Shown: in pieces, positions 44,239 to 53,738 of the stretch
Layout: each line of letters opens with the position of its first letter
Position numbering within the stretch: the stretch's first letter is position 1
Origin: Alphaproteobacteria bacterium
GTDB taxonomy: Bacteria > Pseudomonadota > Alphaproteobacteria > CACIAM-22H2
Assembly: GCA_017308135.1 (NCBI GenBank)
Contig: JAFKFM010000006.1
Coordinates: forward strand, 1,724-65,723
Direction of reading: 5' to 3'
Length of the DNA stretch: 64,000 bases
Notes under the pieces: generated by a model
Told to the model about the DNA's origin: nothing
Databases searched by the model: none
What the model saw: the letters and a program-made list of their open reading frames with translations, nothing else
Program-made: the position numbers and the translations under genes

Positions 44239-44709
44239 TCACGAACTGACGGCGCAGCCGCCGAGCGTCACGCTGACGAGCCGCGTTGCCGTCAGCACCT
44301 TGCCGTCGGCGACGACGAAGGCGACGACGTTCGACGATTCCTGCAAGCGCACGCGCGTGGCGATTTCCGGCAGCATGCCCGCCCCGATATCGAACACCGC
44401 CGACAGCGTGTTGGGATTGCGCTCGACCATCAGGCCGATCTTCGTGGTGTTCGGCGCGCGGCTAAGGATCTGCACCGGCACGACCGCGCCGTTCTCCGCC
44501 ACGTCGGACATCACGAGCTGCACCAGATCCGACGCCGCCGGCTGGGCCAAGCCCAAGGCGCGCAAGGATTCGGCCACGCCTTTGGCTTCGAATGCCGTCT
44601 GGTTCCACGCGGCGAAGGCGTCGCGCGGCAGAAAGCCCGCCGCGATCAGCGCCGCCACCGCGCCGCCGGTTTTCAGCGCCCGCCGGCGCGTGAGTGCAAA
44701 ACCGCTCAT
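44239..44709 (-). CDS. soxY: Sulfur-carrier protein SoxY with Tat signal; C-terminus reads GGCAVSS instead of GGCGG
   Basis: Tat motif TRRRALKTGG. The SoxY fold region ends VSVTLGGCAVSS-stop. This is the 3' part of a 1018-aa antisense track ORF. Confidence 0.8.
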   Translation of the reverse strand: MSGFALTRRRALKTGGAVAALIAAGFLPRDAFAAWNQTAFEAKGVAESLRALGLAQPAASDLVQLVMSDVAENGAVVPVQILSRAPNTTKIGLMVERNPNTLSAVFDIGAGMLPEIATRVRLQESSNVVAFVVADGKVLTATRLVSVTLGGCAVSS

Positions 44710-44922
44710 CTCGAAATCCGCTCCTGATCGCATCCGCCGGAAATGGGTTCGGGGGGTGGCCGATGCAAGCCCACGATCATAACCGCCCGCGCCCCTTCGC
44801 CGAAACAATCGAATTTGAACCCGACGTGAGAAATTTGGACGGCCGAAAAGCTTGCGCGAAGCCGCCCTTTCCTCGAATTTCGATGGGAAATCAAAACCGG
44901 GATCGCCCGGCGGGAGAAATCG

Positions 44923-46122
44923 ATGAAAAGCGGCCGCAACAAACGCGCGGGCCAAGCCACGCGCGCGATCCATCTGGGCTACGACCCCGCCACCGCGCAA
45001 GGCGCGCTGACCCCGCCGATCTATTTGACGTCGACCTACGCGTTCGAATCGGTCGAACAAGGGGCGGCGTTGTTCCGCGGCGAGCGCGAAGGTTACATCT
45101 ACGGCCGCACCAAGAACCCGACGCAATCGCTGCTCGAACAGCGCATCGCCGATCTGGAGAACGCCGAGGCGGCTCTGGTCGTCGCCTCGGGCATGGCGGC
45201 GATCTCGGGCACGTTTTGGTCGCTGCTGAACCAAGGCGACGGGATCGTCGCGGACAAGGTCGTCTACGGCAACACTTACGCGCTGCTCGACAAGGGTGTG
45301 ACGCGCTTCGGGATCGAGACGAAGTTCGTCGACTTCACGAATCTCGATGAAGTCGCCGCCGCGATCGGGCCGAAGACCAAGCTCGTCTATTTCGAAACGC
45401 CGGCCAATCCGAATTTGCGCATCGTCGACATCGCGGGCGTGGTGGCGCTGGCGCGCGCCAAGAACGTGCTGGTCGTCGTCGACAACACCTTCGCGACACC
45501 GATCCTGCAACGCCCGATCGATCTCGGCGCCGATCTGGTGATCCATTCGGCGACGAAGTTCCTGGGCGGGCATGGCGATCTGCTCGCGGGCGTGGTTGCA
45601 GGCAAGGCGGAGACGATCAAGACGATCCGCATGAACGGCTTGCGCTTCCTCACCGGTGCGACGATCTCGCCTTTCGCCGCATTCCTGATGCTGCGCGGGT
45701 TGAAGACGCTGGAGATCCGCGTCGAGCGCCATTCCAAATCCGCCGCGACGATCGCCGAACGCTTGGCCAAGCATCCGGCGATCGAGACGCTGCATTACCC
45801 CGGCCTTTCCGATCACCCGCGCGCCACGATCGTCAAACGCCAGATGTCGGCGGGCGGCGGCTTGATCGCGTTCGAGATCAAAGGCGGCATCAAGGCGGGT
45901 ATCGCCGTGATGGACAAGCTCGACATCATCCGCCGCGCGGTCAGCTTGGGGGATGCGGAAACGCTGATCCAGCACCCCGCCAGCATGACGCATGCGGCCT
46001 ATGAGCCCGAAGTGCGCGCCAAGCACGGCATTTCCGACGGGCTCATCCGCCTCTCCGTCGGGCTCGAGAACGTCGAAGATATCTGGGACGATCTCGAGCA
46101 GGCGTTGACGGCGGTCGTTTAA
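44923..46122 (+). CDS. PLP-dependent Cys/Met-metabolism enzyme, methionine gamma-lyase / cystathionine gamma-synthase family
   Basis: PLP-lysine region SATKFLGGHGD and YGRTKNPT; 399 aa. Confidence 0.85.
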   Translation: MKSGRNKRAGQATRAIHLGYDPATAQGALTPPIYLTSTYAFESVEQGAALFRGEREGYIYGRTKNPTQSLLEQRIADLENAEAALVVASGMAAISGTFWSLLNQGDGIVADKVVYGNTYALLDKGVTRFGIETKFVDFTNLDEVAAAIGPKTKLVYFETPANPNLRIVDIAGVVALARAKNVLVVVDNTFATPILQRPIDLGADLVIHSATKFLGGHGDLLAGVVAGKAETIKTIRMNGLRFLTGATISPFAAFLMLRGLKTLEIRVERHSKSAATIAERLAKHPAIETLHYPGLSDHPRATIVKRQMSAGGGLIAFEIKGGIKAGIAVMDKLDIIRRAVSLGDAETLIQHPASMTHAAYEPEVRAKHGISDGLIRLSVGLENVEDIWDDLEQALTAVV

Positions 46123-47345
46123 ACGACCGCCGCCGCTTCCGCCGTCGCTTCGATGCGTTCGGGGCTGCGGCGCCCGGCGAGGATGACGCCGAGTGCGCCC
46201 AGCGACGTCGCGATCGTCATATAAGCGACGACGCCCGGCGTGCCGAAGCCATCGACCAGCAAACCGCCGAACACGGCCCCGCCGGTGATCGCGACTTGAA
46301 ACGCCGCGACCAAGATGCCGCCGGCGGATTCCGCGAGGTCCGGCGGCGCCACGCGCACCATCCAGGTCTGGAAGCCGACCGGCAACGCGCCGAAGGCGAA
46401 GCCCCAAAGGCCCACCGCGACGCCCGCGACGATGCCCGATGTCCCGAACAGCAACAGCGTGCCGCCCATCGCCGCGACGATCGCCGCGCCGAACACGACG
46501 GCGGATTTGGCGCTGCGCGCGGTGATGGCGCCGCCGACGAGATTGCCGACGAACCCGCCCAGACCGAAGGCGAGCAGGACGAGCGAGATCGACTCGACCG
46601 ACAGACGCGGCATGGTTTCGAGGAACGGCCGGATATAGGTGAAGCCGGCGAAATGGCCCGAGATGGTCACGACCACGCCGATCAGCACCAGCGCGATGGC
46701 GGGTTTGCGCGCGAGCACGATCAACGTGCCGAGATCGGGTGCGCCCCGCGCGGGCAAGCGCGGCAGCGACAAAAGCTGCACCGCCAGCGCCACGACGCCG
46801 ACGAACGAGGCAAGCAGGAACACCGCGCGCCAGCCGATCAACGCGCCGAGATAGGCGCCGACCGGGGCGGCGCTGACCGTCGCCACCGACACGCCCATCA
46901 GCACCAGCGAGATCGCGCGCGGCAAGGACTCGGCCGGCACCAAGCGCATGGCGATGGCGGCCGCCATCGACCAGAAGCCGCCCAGCCCGATGCCGAGCAA
47001 TACGCGCGCGATCAGCAGTGCCGGCAGGCTTTCGGCCGTCGCGGTCAGAATGCTGGAGACGATCAAGGACACGCTGAGCGTCCAGATCACGATGCGCCGG
47101 TCGATCCCGCGCGACACGATCGCGGTGATCAATGCCGCGATCCCCGCCGCGATGGCGGTGGCGCTGATCGCCTGCCCGGCCGCACCGACCGTCACGCCGA
47201 TATCGGCGGCCATCGGCGTGAGCAAGCTTGCGGGCAGGAATTCGGCGGTGACGAAGCTGAACGAACCGAACGCGAGCGAGATGACGCCCGCCCAAAGCGG
47301 CTTTTGCGGCGTCTCGGCCGCGACTTCATGCGTGGAATGGGACAT
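46119..47345 (-). CDS. MFS transporter (12 TM)
   Basis: Start taken at MSHSTHEV. Typical MFS hydrophobic periodicity. Confidence 0.8.
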   Translation of the reverse strand: MSHSTHEVAAETPQKPLWAGVISLAFGSFSFVTAEFLPASLLTPMAADIGVTVGAAGQAISATAIAAGIAALITAIVSRGIDRRIVIWTLSVSLIVSSILTATAESLPALLIARVLLGIGLGGFWSMAAAIAMRLVPAESLPRAISLVLMGVSVATVSAAPVGAYLGALIGWRAVFLLASFVGVVALAVQLLSLPRLPARGAPDLGTLIVLARKPAIALVLIGVVVTISGHFAGFTYIRPFLETMPRLSVESISLVLLAFGLGGFVGNLVGGAITARSAKSAVVFGAAIVAAMGGTLLLFGTSGIVAGVAVGLWGFAFGALPVGFQTWMVRVAPPDLAESAGGILVAAFQVAITGGAVFGGLLVDGFGTPGVVAYMTIATSLGALGVILAGRRSPERIEATAEAAAVV

Positions 47346-47409
47346 GGAAATTCCTTTCGTCCCCGGAGATGGGGTCGAAATCCGGCGTTTCCATGCTATA
47401 TAACCCCCA

Positions 47410-48363
47410 ATGCATGACAATTCGTCCAAAATCGTCGCGCCGACGACGGCCGATTATCTGAGCGAGATGCTGCGCGGCCTGCGCCTCGACGGCGTCGATT
47501 ATTGCCGCTGCGAGATGACCGCCCCTTGGACGCTGAGCTACGAGGCGGAGGACGCGGCAAAATTCTATTTCGTCAGCGGGCCGCCGTGCTGGCTGCGCAT
47601 GCCCGATGGCACGTGGCGGGCGCTCAAGAACGGCGACGCGGTGCTGCTGCCGCGCGGACGCGCGCATGTTCTGGCCAGCGCGCCGGGATCGAACGATGCG
47701 TCCACATCCGAATGCGCGGTCAAAAAGCTGTGCGGCGACATCGTCGACATTCACGGCGGCGGCGGCGGTGCCACGACGCGGCTGTTCAGCGGACGCATGG
47801 CGTTCAACGTCGATGCCGATCATCCGCTGCTGCGCTTGATGCCCGACACGATGCAGCTTTGCGATTTGTCGGGCAACGAGCCGGGCTTGCTGCCGCTGCT
47901 GGAAGCGATGGCGCGCGAAACGGCGCTCGATCGCGTGGGGGCGGGCGGCATCCTTGCGCGTCTTGCCGACGTCATCGCCGCGACGATCATCCGCGCCTGG
48001 GTCGAAAGCGGTTGCGGCGACACCAAAGGCTGGGTCGCCGCCGCGCGCAGCCCCCAGATCGGCCGCGTGCTCGCCGCGATCCACGCCGATCCGGCCAACG
48101 ACTGGACGGTCGAATCGCTTGCCGCGTTGATCGGCCAATCGCGTTCGGGCTTTGCGGCGCGTTTCGCCGAGGTGGTGGGCGAAACGCCCATGCACTACGT
48201 CACGCAGATCCGCATGCACCAGGCGCGGCAATGGCTGTCGCGCGACAAGCTGCGCATCGGCGTGGTCGCGCAGCGTTTGGGCTACGATTCGGAAGCGTCG
48301 TTCAGCCGCGCCTTCAAACGCGTGACCGGGGCCGCCCCCAGCCATTTCCGCGCCGGCGCTTGA
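47410..48363 (+). CDS. AraC family transcriptional regulator with N-terminal cupin domain
   Basis: C-terminal AraC HTH region (ESLAALIGQSRSGFAARFAEVVGETPMHYVTQIRMHQARQWL...SFSRAFKRVTGAAPSHFR). Confidence 0.85.
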   Translation: MHDNSSKIVAPTTADYLSEMLRGLRLDGVDYCRCEMTAPWTLSYEAEDAAKFYFVSGPPCWLRMPDGTWRALKNGDAVLLPRGRAHVLASAPGSNDASTSECAVKKLCGDIVDIHGGGGGATTRLFSGRMAFNVDADHPLLRLMPDTMQLCDLSGNEPGLLPLLEAMARETALDRVGAGGILARLADVIAATIIRAWVESGCGDTKGWVAAARSPQIGRVLAAIHADPANDWTVESLAALIGQSRSGFAARFAEVVGETPMHYVTQIRMHQARQWLSRDKLRIGVVAQRLGYDSEASFSRAFKRVTGAAPSHFRAGA

Positions 48364-48372
48364 TCGCGGGGC

Positions 48373-49317
48373 TTACGCCGGGCCTTCGGGGCGCGGGGTC
48401 GGCGGGATCTGCGATTGGCGCACCGAATTGCGGTGCAGCGTGTAGATCGCCGCGGCGACGATCAAGGCCGAGCCCGCGATCGTCGCCAGCGTGGGCGTCT
48501 CGCCGTAAAGCCAATAGCCGACCGCCGCCATCATCAGCAGCCGCAGATATTGCAGTGGTGCGATCGCCGACGCGTTGCCGGTGCGGAACGCCGTGGTGAA
48601 CAGCAAGGTCGAGACGGCCTGCAGCACCGCCAATACGATTATGATCGCGAGCGTGGCCGGCGTCGGCGTCACCCACACCCACCACGCCATCGGCGTGAAG
48701 AAGGCGATCAGCACCAGGCTTTGGAAGAAGATCACCGTTTCGGCGGTGTCGAAGCGCGAACCGAAGCGCAGCGTGACGACCGAAACGGCACCCGCCGCCG
48801 AACCCGCCAGCGCCAGCAGCGCGTAGAATTCGATCGGACCGGAGAAAGGCTGAAGCATCACGCCCACGCCGAAGAACCCGACCGCCGTCGCCGTCCAGCG
48901 CCGCCAGCCGACTTTCTCGCCCAGAAAGATCGCGGCGAGGGCGGTGATGAACAGCACCTCCGACATTTGGATCGCGGTCACGTCGGCGAAAGGGATGTAG
49001 ACGACGGCGGTGTTGCCGCACAGCATCGCGCAGACGGCGGCCCCGCCGCGCAGCAGATGCAAGCGCAAGCCTTGCGGATGCAGGATGGCGCTGCGATGGC
49101 GCCAGAACAGCGGCGACATGATCAGCACCGCCAAGGTCTGGCGCAGGAACAGGATCTCGACCACCGGCAGCGTTTGGGCCGCGTCGCGGATCAACACGCC
49201 GGTGACCACGAACATGCACATCGCCGCGAGCATCAACAGCGAAGCGGCGAAATCGGGCGGTAACGACCGAAAATCGCGCCGCAGGTTCTGAAGCCGCGCG
49301 ATCGGCGAGGTGGACAA
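48373..49317 (-). CDS. EamA/DMT family transporter
   Basis: Ten TM helices and two EamA repeats. TTG start preceded by a GGGAGGA RBS. The rest of the 646-aa track ORF is a fused artefact. Confidence 0.75.
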   Translation of the reverse strand: MSTSPIARLQNLRRDFRSLPPDFAASLLMLAAMCMFVVTGVLIRDAAQTLPVVEILFLRQTLAVLIMSPLFWRHRSAILHPQGLRLHLLRGGAAVCAMLCGNTAVVYIPFADVTAIQMSEVLFITALAAIFLGEKVGWRRWTATAVGFFGVGVMLQPFSGPIEFYALLALAGSAAGAVSVVTLRFGSRFDTAETVIFFQSLVLIAFFTPMAWWVWVTPTPATLAIIIVLAVLQAVSTLLFTTAFRTGNASAIAPLQYLRLLMMAAVGYWLYGETPTLATIAGSALIVAAAIYTLHRNSVRQSQIPPTPRPEGPA

Positions 49318-49440
49318 GCGAATTCCTCCCAAACGTCGGATGAATGGTTCGCCGATCCCCACCCCGACGGCAAGCGCGAAAAGCCGTGATCCGCTATGCG
49401 GCCGGCCGTCACACGCGTCGCGATGTCGATAAAGCCGAAA

Positions 49441-49526
49441 TGGTGCCCCAGGCCGGACTTGAACCAGCACGCCCTTGCGGGCAACAGATTTTGAGTCTGC
49501 CGCGTCTACCGTTCCGCCACTGGGGC
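49441..49526 (-). tRNA. tRNA-Leu (anticodon CAA)
   Basis: The reverse complement is GCCCCAGTGGCGGAACGGTAGACGCGGCAGACTCAAAATCTGTTGCCCGCAAGGGCGTGCTGGTTCAAGTCCGGCCTGGGGCACCA. It has a 7-bp acceptor stem, CAA in the anticodon loop, the long variable arm typical of Leu, and a 3' CCA. Confidence 0.9.
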
Positions 49527-49632
49527 CAACCAAGTCGCCGGATAGAGCGCGCGGGATCATAGGGATAGCGGCGCCCACGTCAATATTTTTACGGGGCCTT
49601 GCGCCGATCTTCCGCGCGTCGTAGCCAGAGCC

Positions 49633-50349
49633 ATGGGCCGTCGCCTTTCCGACATCGATATCGCCGTGCTTGCGGGCGGTTTGGGCACGCGCTTGGCCGG
49701 CGCCGTGCCGGGCCTGCCCAAAGTGCTGGCCCCGGTCGCCGGGCGGCCTTTCGTCGAACATCTGGTCGATTTTCTGGCCGCACAAGGCGCCAAACGAATC
49801 GTCTTCCTGCTCGGCCATCGCGCGGACATGGTCACGGCGCATCTGGATGCGCATCGCCGCGCCGGAATCGACTTCGATTGGTCGATCGAGCCCGAACCGC
49901 TGGGTACCGGCGGCGCGCTGGCTTTTGCCGCGTCCAAATTCCGCAGCGATCCCGTACTGATCGTCAATGGCGACACATTCGTCGATGCCGATCTGGGCGC
50001 TTTCTGCGCCGCTTATGCGAAGCCCGCGACGATGCTGGCGGTCGAGGTCGACGATGCCGGGCGCTACGGGCGGCTCGATATCGCGCATGGCAAGGTCATG
50101 CGCTTCGTCGAAAAGGACCCGTCCTTCAACGGCACGGCCGCGATCAATGCGGGCATCTATCTTCTGTCGCGCGAATTGATCGGCGGCATCGAAACCGGCC
50201 GTCCCGTTTCGCTCGAACGCGATGTGTTCGAACGCCTGGCGCCCGGCACGATCGCGGCCCCAATCGACCGACGCGCGCGCTTCGTCGATATCGGCACGCC
50301 GGAAAGCTGGCAAGGGGCCGCGTCGATCGTCATAGGACCGAAAACATGA
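49633..50349 (+). CDS. Sugar-phosphate nucleotidyltransferase (mannose-1-phosphate guanylyltransferase-like)
   Basis: IAVLAGGLGTRL and GTGGAL motifs. Confidence 0.8.
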   Translation: MGRRLSDIDIAVLAGGLGTRLAGAVPGLPKVLAPVAGRPFVEHLVDFLAAQGAKRIVFLLGHRADMVTAHLDAHRRAGIDFDWSIEPEPLGTGGALAFAASKFRSDPVLIVNGDTFVDADLGAFCAAYAKPATMLAVEVDDAGRYGRLDIAHGKVMRFVEKDPSFNGTAAINAGIYLLSRELIGGIETGRPVSLERDVFERLAPGTIAAPIDRRARFVDIGTPESWQGAASIVIGPKT

Positions 50350-50945
50350 GCGACAAGGAACCGCCGGTGCGCGTCGTGGCGCGCGAGACCGCCTTCGAGA
50401 ACAAGGTCTGGCGCGTGCGCCGCGACCATATTCGCGACGATGCGGGCAACGAAGTGCGCGACTACGTCACACTCGCCCCCAAAGCGGCCCCCGACGCGTC
50501 GGAAGGCAAAGCGGCCCCCACGCAAGGTGTGGCCGTCGTCGCGCGCGTCAAGGACGGGCGCATCGCGTTGCTGCGCAATTGGCGCCATCCGATCGGCCGC
50601 TGGGGCTGGGAATTGCCCAAGGGCTTCGTCGATGCGGGCGAGGACGAGCCCAGCGCCGCACGGCGCGAACTCGCCGAAGAAACCGGCCTTGCCTCGGCGC
50701 TCTCGCTGGTTCCCTTGGGCCTCGTCGCGGCCGAACCGTCGAGCATCGCGGGCTTCGCCGCGTTGTTTCTGGCGCGCGATTGCGCGCCGACGGGCGCCAC
50801 GCTCGATTCCGAACTCGGCATGGGCCGCGCGACGCTGCTCGACGACGACGAAATCCTCGCGTTGGAATCGGCGGGCGAGATCTTCGACGCGCTGACCCTG
50901 GTCGGGCTTGCGCGAGCGCGGAATCTGGCTAAGTTCCAGCCATGA
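50346..50945 (+). CDS. NUDIX hydrolase
   Basis: Nudix box GFVDAGEDEPSAARRELAEETG. ATGA overlap with the upstream gene. Confidence 0.8.
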   Translation: MSDKEPPVRVVARETAFENKVWRVRRDHIRDDAGNEVRDYVTLAPKAAPDASEGKAAPTQGVAVVARVKDGRIALLRNWRHPIGRWGWELPKGFVDAGEDEPSAARRELAEETGLASALSLVPLGLVAAEPSSIAGFAALFLARDCAPTGATLDSELGMGRATLLDDDEILALESAGEIFDALTLVGLARARNLAKFQP

Positions 50946-52495
50946 CTGGCACTTCCCGCCCCGTTGTCTTGTGCGTGTTGGACGGGTTCGGCCACCGCGT
51001 CGAACGCGCGAACAACGCGATCGCGCTGGCCCGCACGCCGAATTTCGACAAGTTGCGCGCCCTGCACGCCCCCGCCTTCCTGGAAGCGTCCGAACGCCAT
51101 GTCGGCTTGCCCATCGGCCAGATGGGCAATTCGGAAGTCGGGCATATGAATCTGGGGGCGGGCCGCGTCGTGATGCAGGATCTCGTGCGCATCGATGCCG
51201 GGATCGAAGACGGTTCGTTCTTCAAACTTCCCGCGTTGACCGACGCCATCGCCAAGGCGAAGGCTGCGGGCGGTACGGCGCAAATCATGGGCCTGTTGTC
51301 GCCCGGCGGCGTGCATTCGCATCAAGATCATATCGTCGCGCTCGCGCGCGCGTTTTCGGACGCGGGCGTGGCCGTGCGCATCCACGCGTTTCTCGACGGG
51401 CGCGACACCGCCCCGCGCTCGGCGGAAGATTTTCTCGCCAAATTCGACGCGGATATTGCGGGCCTGAAAAACGCGAAGCTCGCCACGATCGCCGGACGCT
51501 ACTATGCGATGGATCGCGACAAGCGCTGGGAACGCGTCGAGCTGGCCTACAACGCCATGGTCGACGCCAACGCGCCGAAATTCGCGACATGGCAAGAAGG
51601 TGTCGCCGCTTCCTACGCCGCCGATATCGCCGACGAATTCGTCAAGCCGTTCGCAATGCCCGGTTACGCGGGCATGAAGGACGGCGACGTCTTGGTGATG
51701 GCGAATTTCCGCGCCGATCGCGCGCGCCAAACGCTCGACGCGCTGCTCGATCCCGCTTTCGCGGGCTTCGCGCGGCCGCGCATCGTGAATTTCGCCGCCG
51801 CGATGGGCATGGCGGAATATTCGTCCGCCCTCGCCAAGCGCATGACCGCGATGTACGCGCCGCAATCGCTGGCCAACATGATGGGCGAGATCGTGTCGAA
51901 GGCCGGCCGCACGCAATTGCGCATCGCCGAGACCGAGAAATACGCGCATGTCACCTTCTTCTTCAACGGCGGCGAAGAGAAGGAATGGCCGGGCGAGAAA
52001 CGCATCCTGGTGCCGTCGCCCAAGGTCGCGACCTACGATCTTCAGCCCGAGATGTCGGCCCCCGAGATGACCGACAAGCTTGTCGCGGCGATCCTGTCGG
52101 GCGAATTCGATTTCGTCGTCGTGAACTACGCCAATTGCGACATGGTCGGGCATACCGGCGACTTGAAGGCCGCGATCAAGGCGGTCGAAACGGTCGATGC
52201 TTGCGTGGGCCGCGTGGCCGAAGCGGTCGAAAAGATGCACGGCGCGTTGTTGATCACCGCCGATCACGGCAATTGCGAATGCATGCTCGATCCGGTCACC
52301 GGCCAGGCGCAAACCGCGCACACGCTGAACCCCGTGCCCGTCTACGTGCTCGACGCGCGTTTGCCGGGGCGCAACGCGCCCGTCGCGGTGCATGACGGCA
52401 AGCTCGCGGACGTCGCACCCACGCTGCTCGAATTGATGGGCTTGGCGGCACCGCCCGAGATGACCGGGCGATCGCTGATCGCGGTTCCGGCGTGA
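50942..52495 (+). CDS. gpmI: 2,3-bisphosphoglycerate-independent phosphoglycerate mutase
   Basis: VLCVLDGFGHR...GNSEVGHMNLGAGR; 517 aa. Confidence 0.95.
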   Translation: MTGTSRPVVLCVLDGFGHRVERANNAIALARTPNFDKLRALHAPAFLEASERHVGLPIGQMGNSEVGHMNLGAGRVVMQDLVRIDAGIEDGSFFKLPALTDAIAKAKAAGGTAQIMGLLSPGGVHSHQDHIVALARAFSDAGVAVRIHAFLDGRDTAPRSAEDFLAKFDADIAGLKNAKLATIAGRYYAMDRDKRWERVELAYNAMVDANAPKFATWQEGVAASYAADIADEFVKPFAMPGYAGMKDGDVLVMANFRADRARQTLDALLDPAFAGFARPRIVNFAAAMGMAEYSSALAKRMTAMYAPQSLANMMGEIVSKAGRTQLRIAETEKYAHVTFFFNGGEEKEWPGEKRILVPSPKVATYDLQPEMSAPEMTDKLVAAILSGEFDFVVVNYANCDMVGHTGDLKAAIKAVETVDACVGRVAEAVEKMHGALLITADHGNCECMLDPVTGQAQTAHTLNPVPVYVLDARLPGRNAPVAVHDGKLADVAPTLLELMGLAAPPEMTGRSLIAVPA

Positions 52496-53664
52496 ACAAG
52501 GCGGCCGCCCTCGCCTTTCTTTCGCTGCTGATCGCGGCTAACGCCGCCGCCCAAACCAACCCGTCGGAACGGCTGGTCGAGCTCGAGCGCCTGATGGAGC
52601 AAGAGCGCGGGCGCGAACGCGGCCTCGCGCGCGAAACGCAAGCGACCCTCGCCGCCATCGCCGATCTGCGTTTGAAAAGCGTGGATGCCGCCAACGCCGC
52701 GTCGGCCGCCGAAGACCAAGCCTTCGAGATCGAAACGCGCATCGCGGTACTCGACCAAGACGCCGCAGCGCGGCGCGCGGCGATCGACAAGCGCCGGTCG
52801 GAAATCGCGGCGACGGCGGGCGCCTTGCTGCAACTCGCCCGCCGCCCGCCCGAATCGCTGGCGCTGGAGCCGCATTCGCCGCTCGAATCCGCGCGCGCCG
52901 GCCTGCTCGCCGCCGCCACGATCCCGGAATTGGAGCGCCGCGCCACCGAACTGCGTCGGGAATTGACGGCGCTGGAAACCGCCCGTGTCGCGGCTTCCCG
53001 GGAACGCGAAAAATTATCGGCGGCGCTGGCCGCCCTGGCGGCCGAATCCGCCCGGCTCGACGCGGCGATCGAGGCGCGCAACAAGGCGCTCAGCCGCCTG
53101 ACCGACGATTCCCGCGAATACGCCGCCAGGCTGGAGCGCATGGGCCGCGAAGCCCAGGATTTGCGCGATTTGGTGGCCCGTTTGGAAGATCGCCCGGTCG
53201 CCGCACCCGTCCGCGCCCCGGCCGCCCGCACGCTGGCGCCGTCGCGGGCCACCGGGGAATTGGCGGCTTTGGCCGGCTATCGCTGGCCGGTGCGCGGCGG
53301 GTTGATCGAAAGCTTCGGCGATACCCAAAGCGGGGGCCAAATCGCGCGGGGCCTGACCATCGAACCGCGCGAAACCGCCGCCGTGATCGCCCCGTTCGAC
53401 GGAACCGTGGCCTTTGCCGGGCCGTTCCGGGGTTACGGGCTTATCTTGATCCTCGAACATAGCGGGGGATATCATTCGGTTCTGGCGCAGTTGGGCCGAA
53501 TCGACGCCGTCGTGGGACAAGCCGTGACGGCGGGCGAACCGGTCGGGCGCGCGGGCGCGAGCGAGCAGGGAACGCCGGTGCTCTATCTGGAGCTTCGGCG
53601 CAACGGTCAGCCGGTCGATCCCACGCCCTTGCTGTTCGGCGCCGAAGCCGGTGCGCGTCGCTAA
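52492..53664 (+). CDS. M23-family peptidase with coiled-coil N-terminus (EnvC-like murein hydrolase activator)
   Basis: Signal peptide, long coiled coil, and a C-terminal LytM/M23 domain (GLILILEHSGGYHSVLAQL). Confidence 0.8.
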   Translation: MNKAAALAFLSLLIAANAAAQTNPSERLVELERLMEQERGRERGLARETQATLAAIADLRLKSVDAANAASAAEDQAFEIETRIAVLDQDAAARRAAIDKRRSEIAATAGALLQLARRPPESLALEPHSPLESARAGLLAAATIPELERRATELRRELTALETARVAASREREKLSAALAALAAESARLDAAIEARNKALSRLTDDSREYAARLERMGREAQDLRDLVARLEDRPVAAPVRAPAARTLAPSRATGELAALAGYRWPVRGGLIESFGDTQSGGQIARGLTIEPRETAAVIAPFDGTVAFAGPFRGYGLILILEHSGGYHSVLAQLGRIDAVVGQAVTAGEPVGRAGASEQGTPVLYLELRRNGQPVDPTPLLFGAEAGARR

Positions 53665-53738
53665 CGCGGTTTGCTCGGCGAACGCATTTTGAGTGTCGAC
53701 GGCCGGGCCATCGTGGTCCGGCGGAAAAGGAACCCCCG

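Noticed and set aside
44239-47295. 1018-aa ORF on the minus strand
   Set aside because: Only the last 156 codons (soxY) are real. The remainder is antisense to the MGL-family gene and is continuous with the MFS frame only by chance.
48373-50313. 646-aa minus-strand ORF
   Set aside because: Only the C-terminal 314 codons form the DMT transporter. The upstream part runs through the tRNA-Leu gene and is antisense to the nucleotidyltransferase gene.
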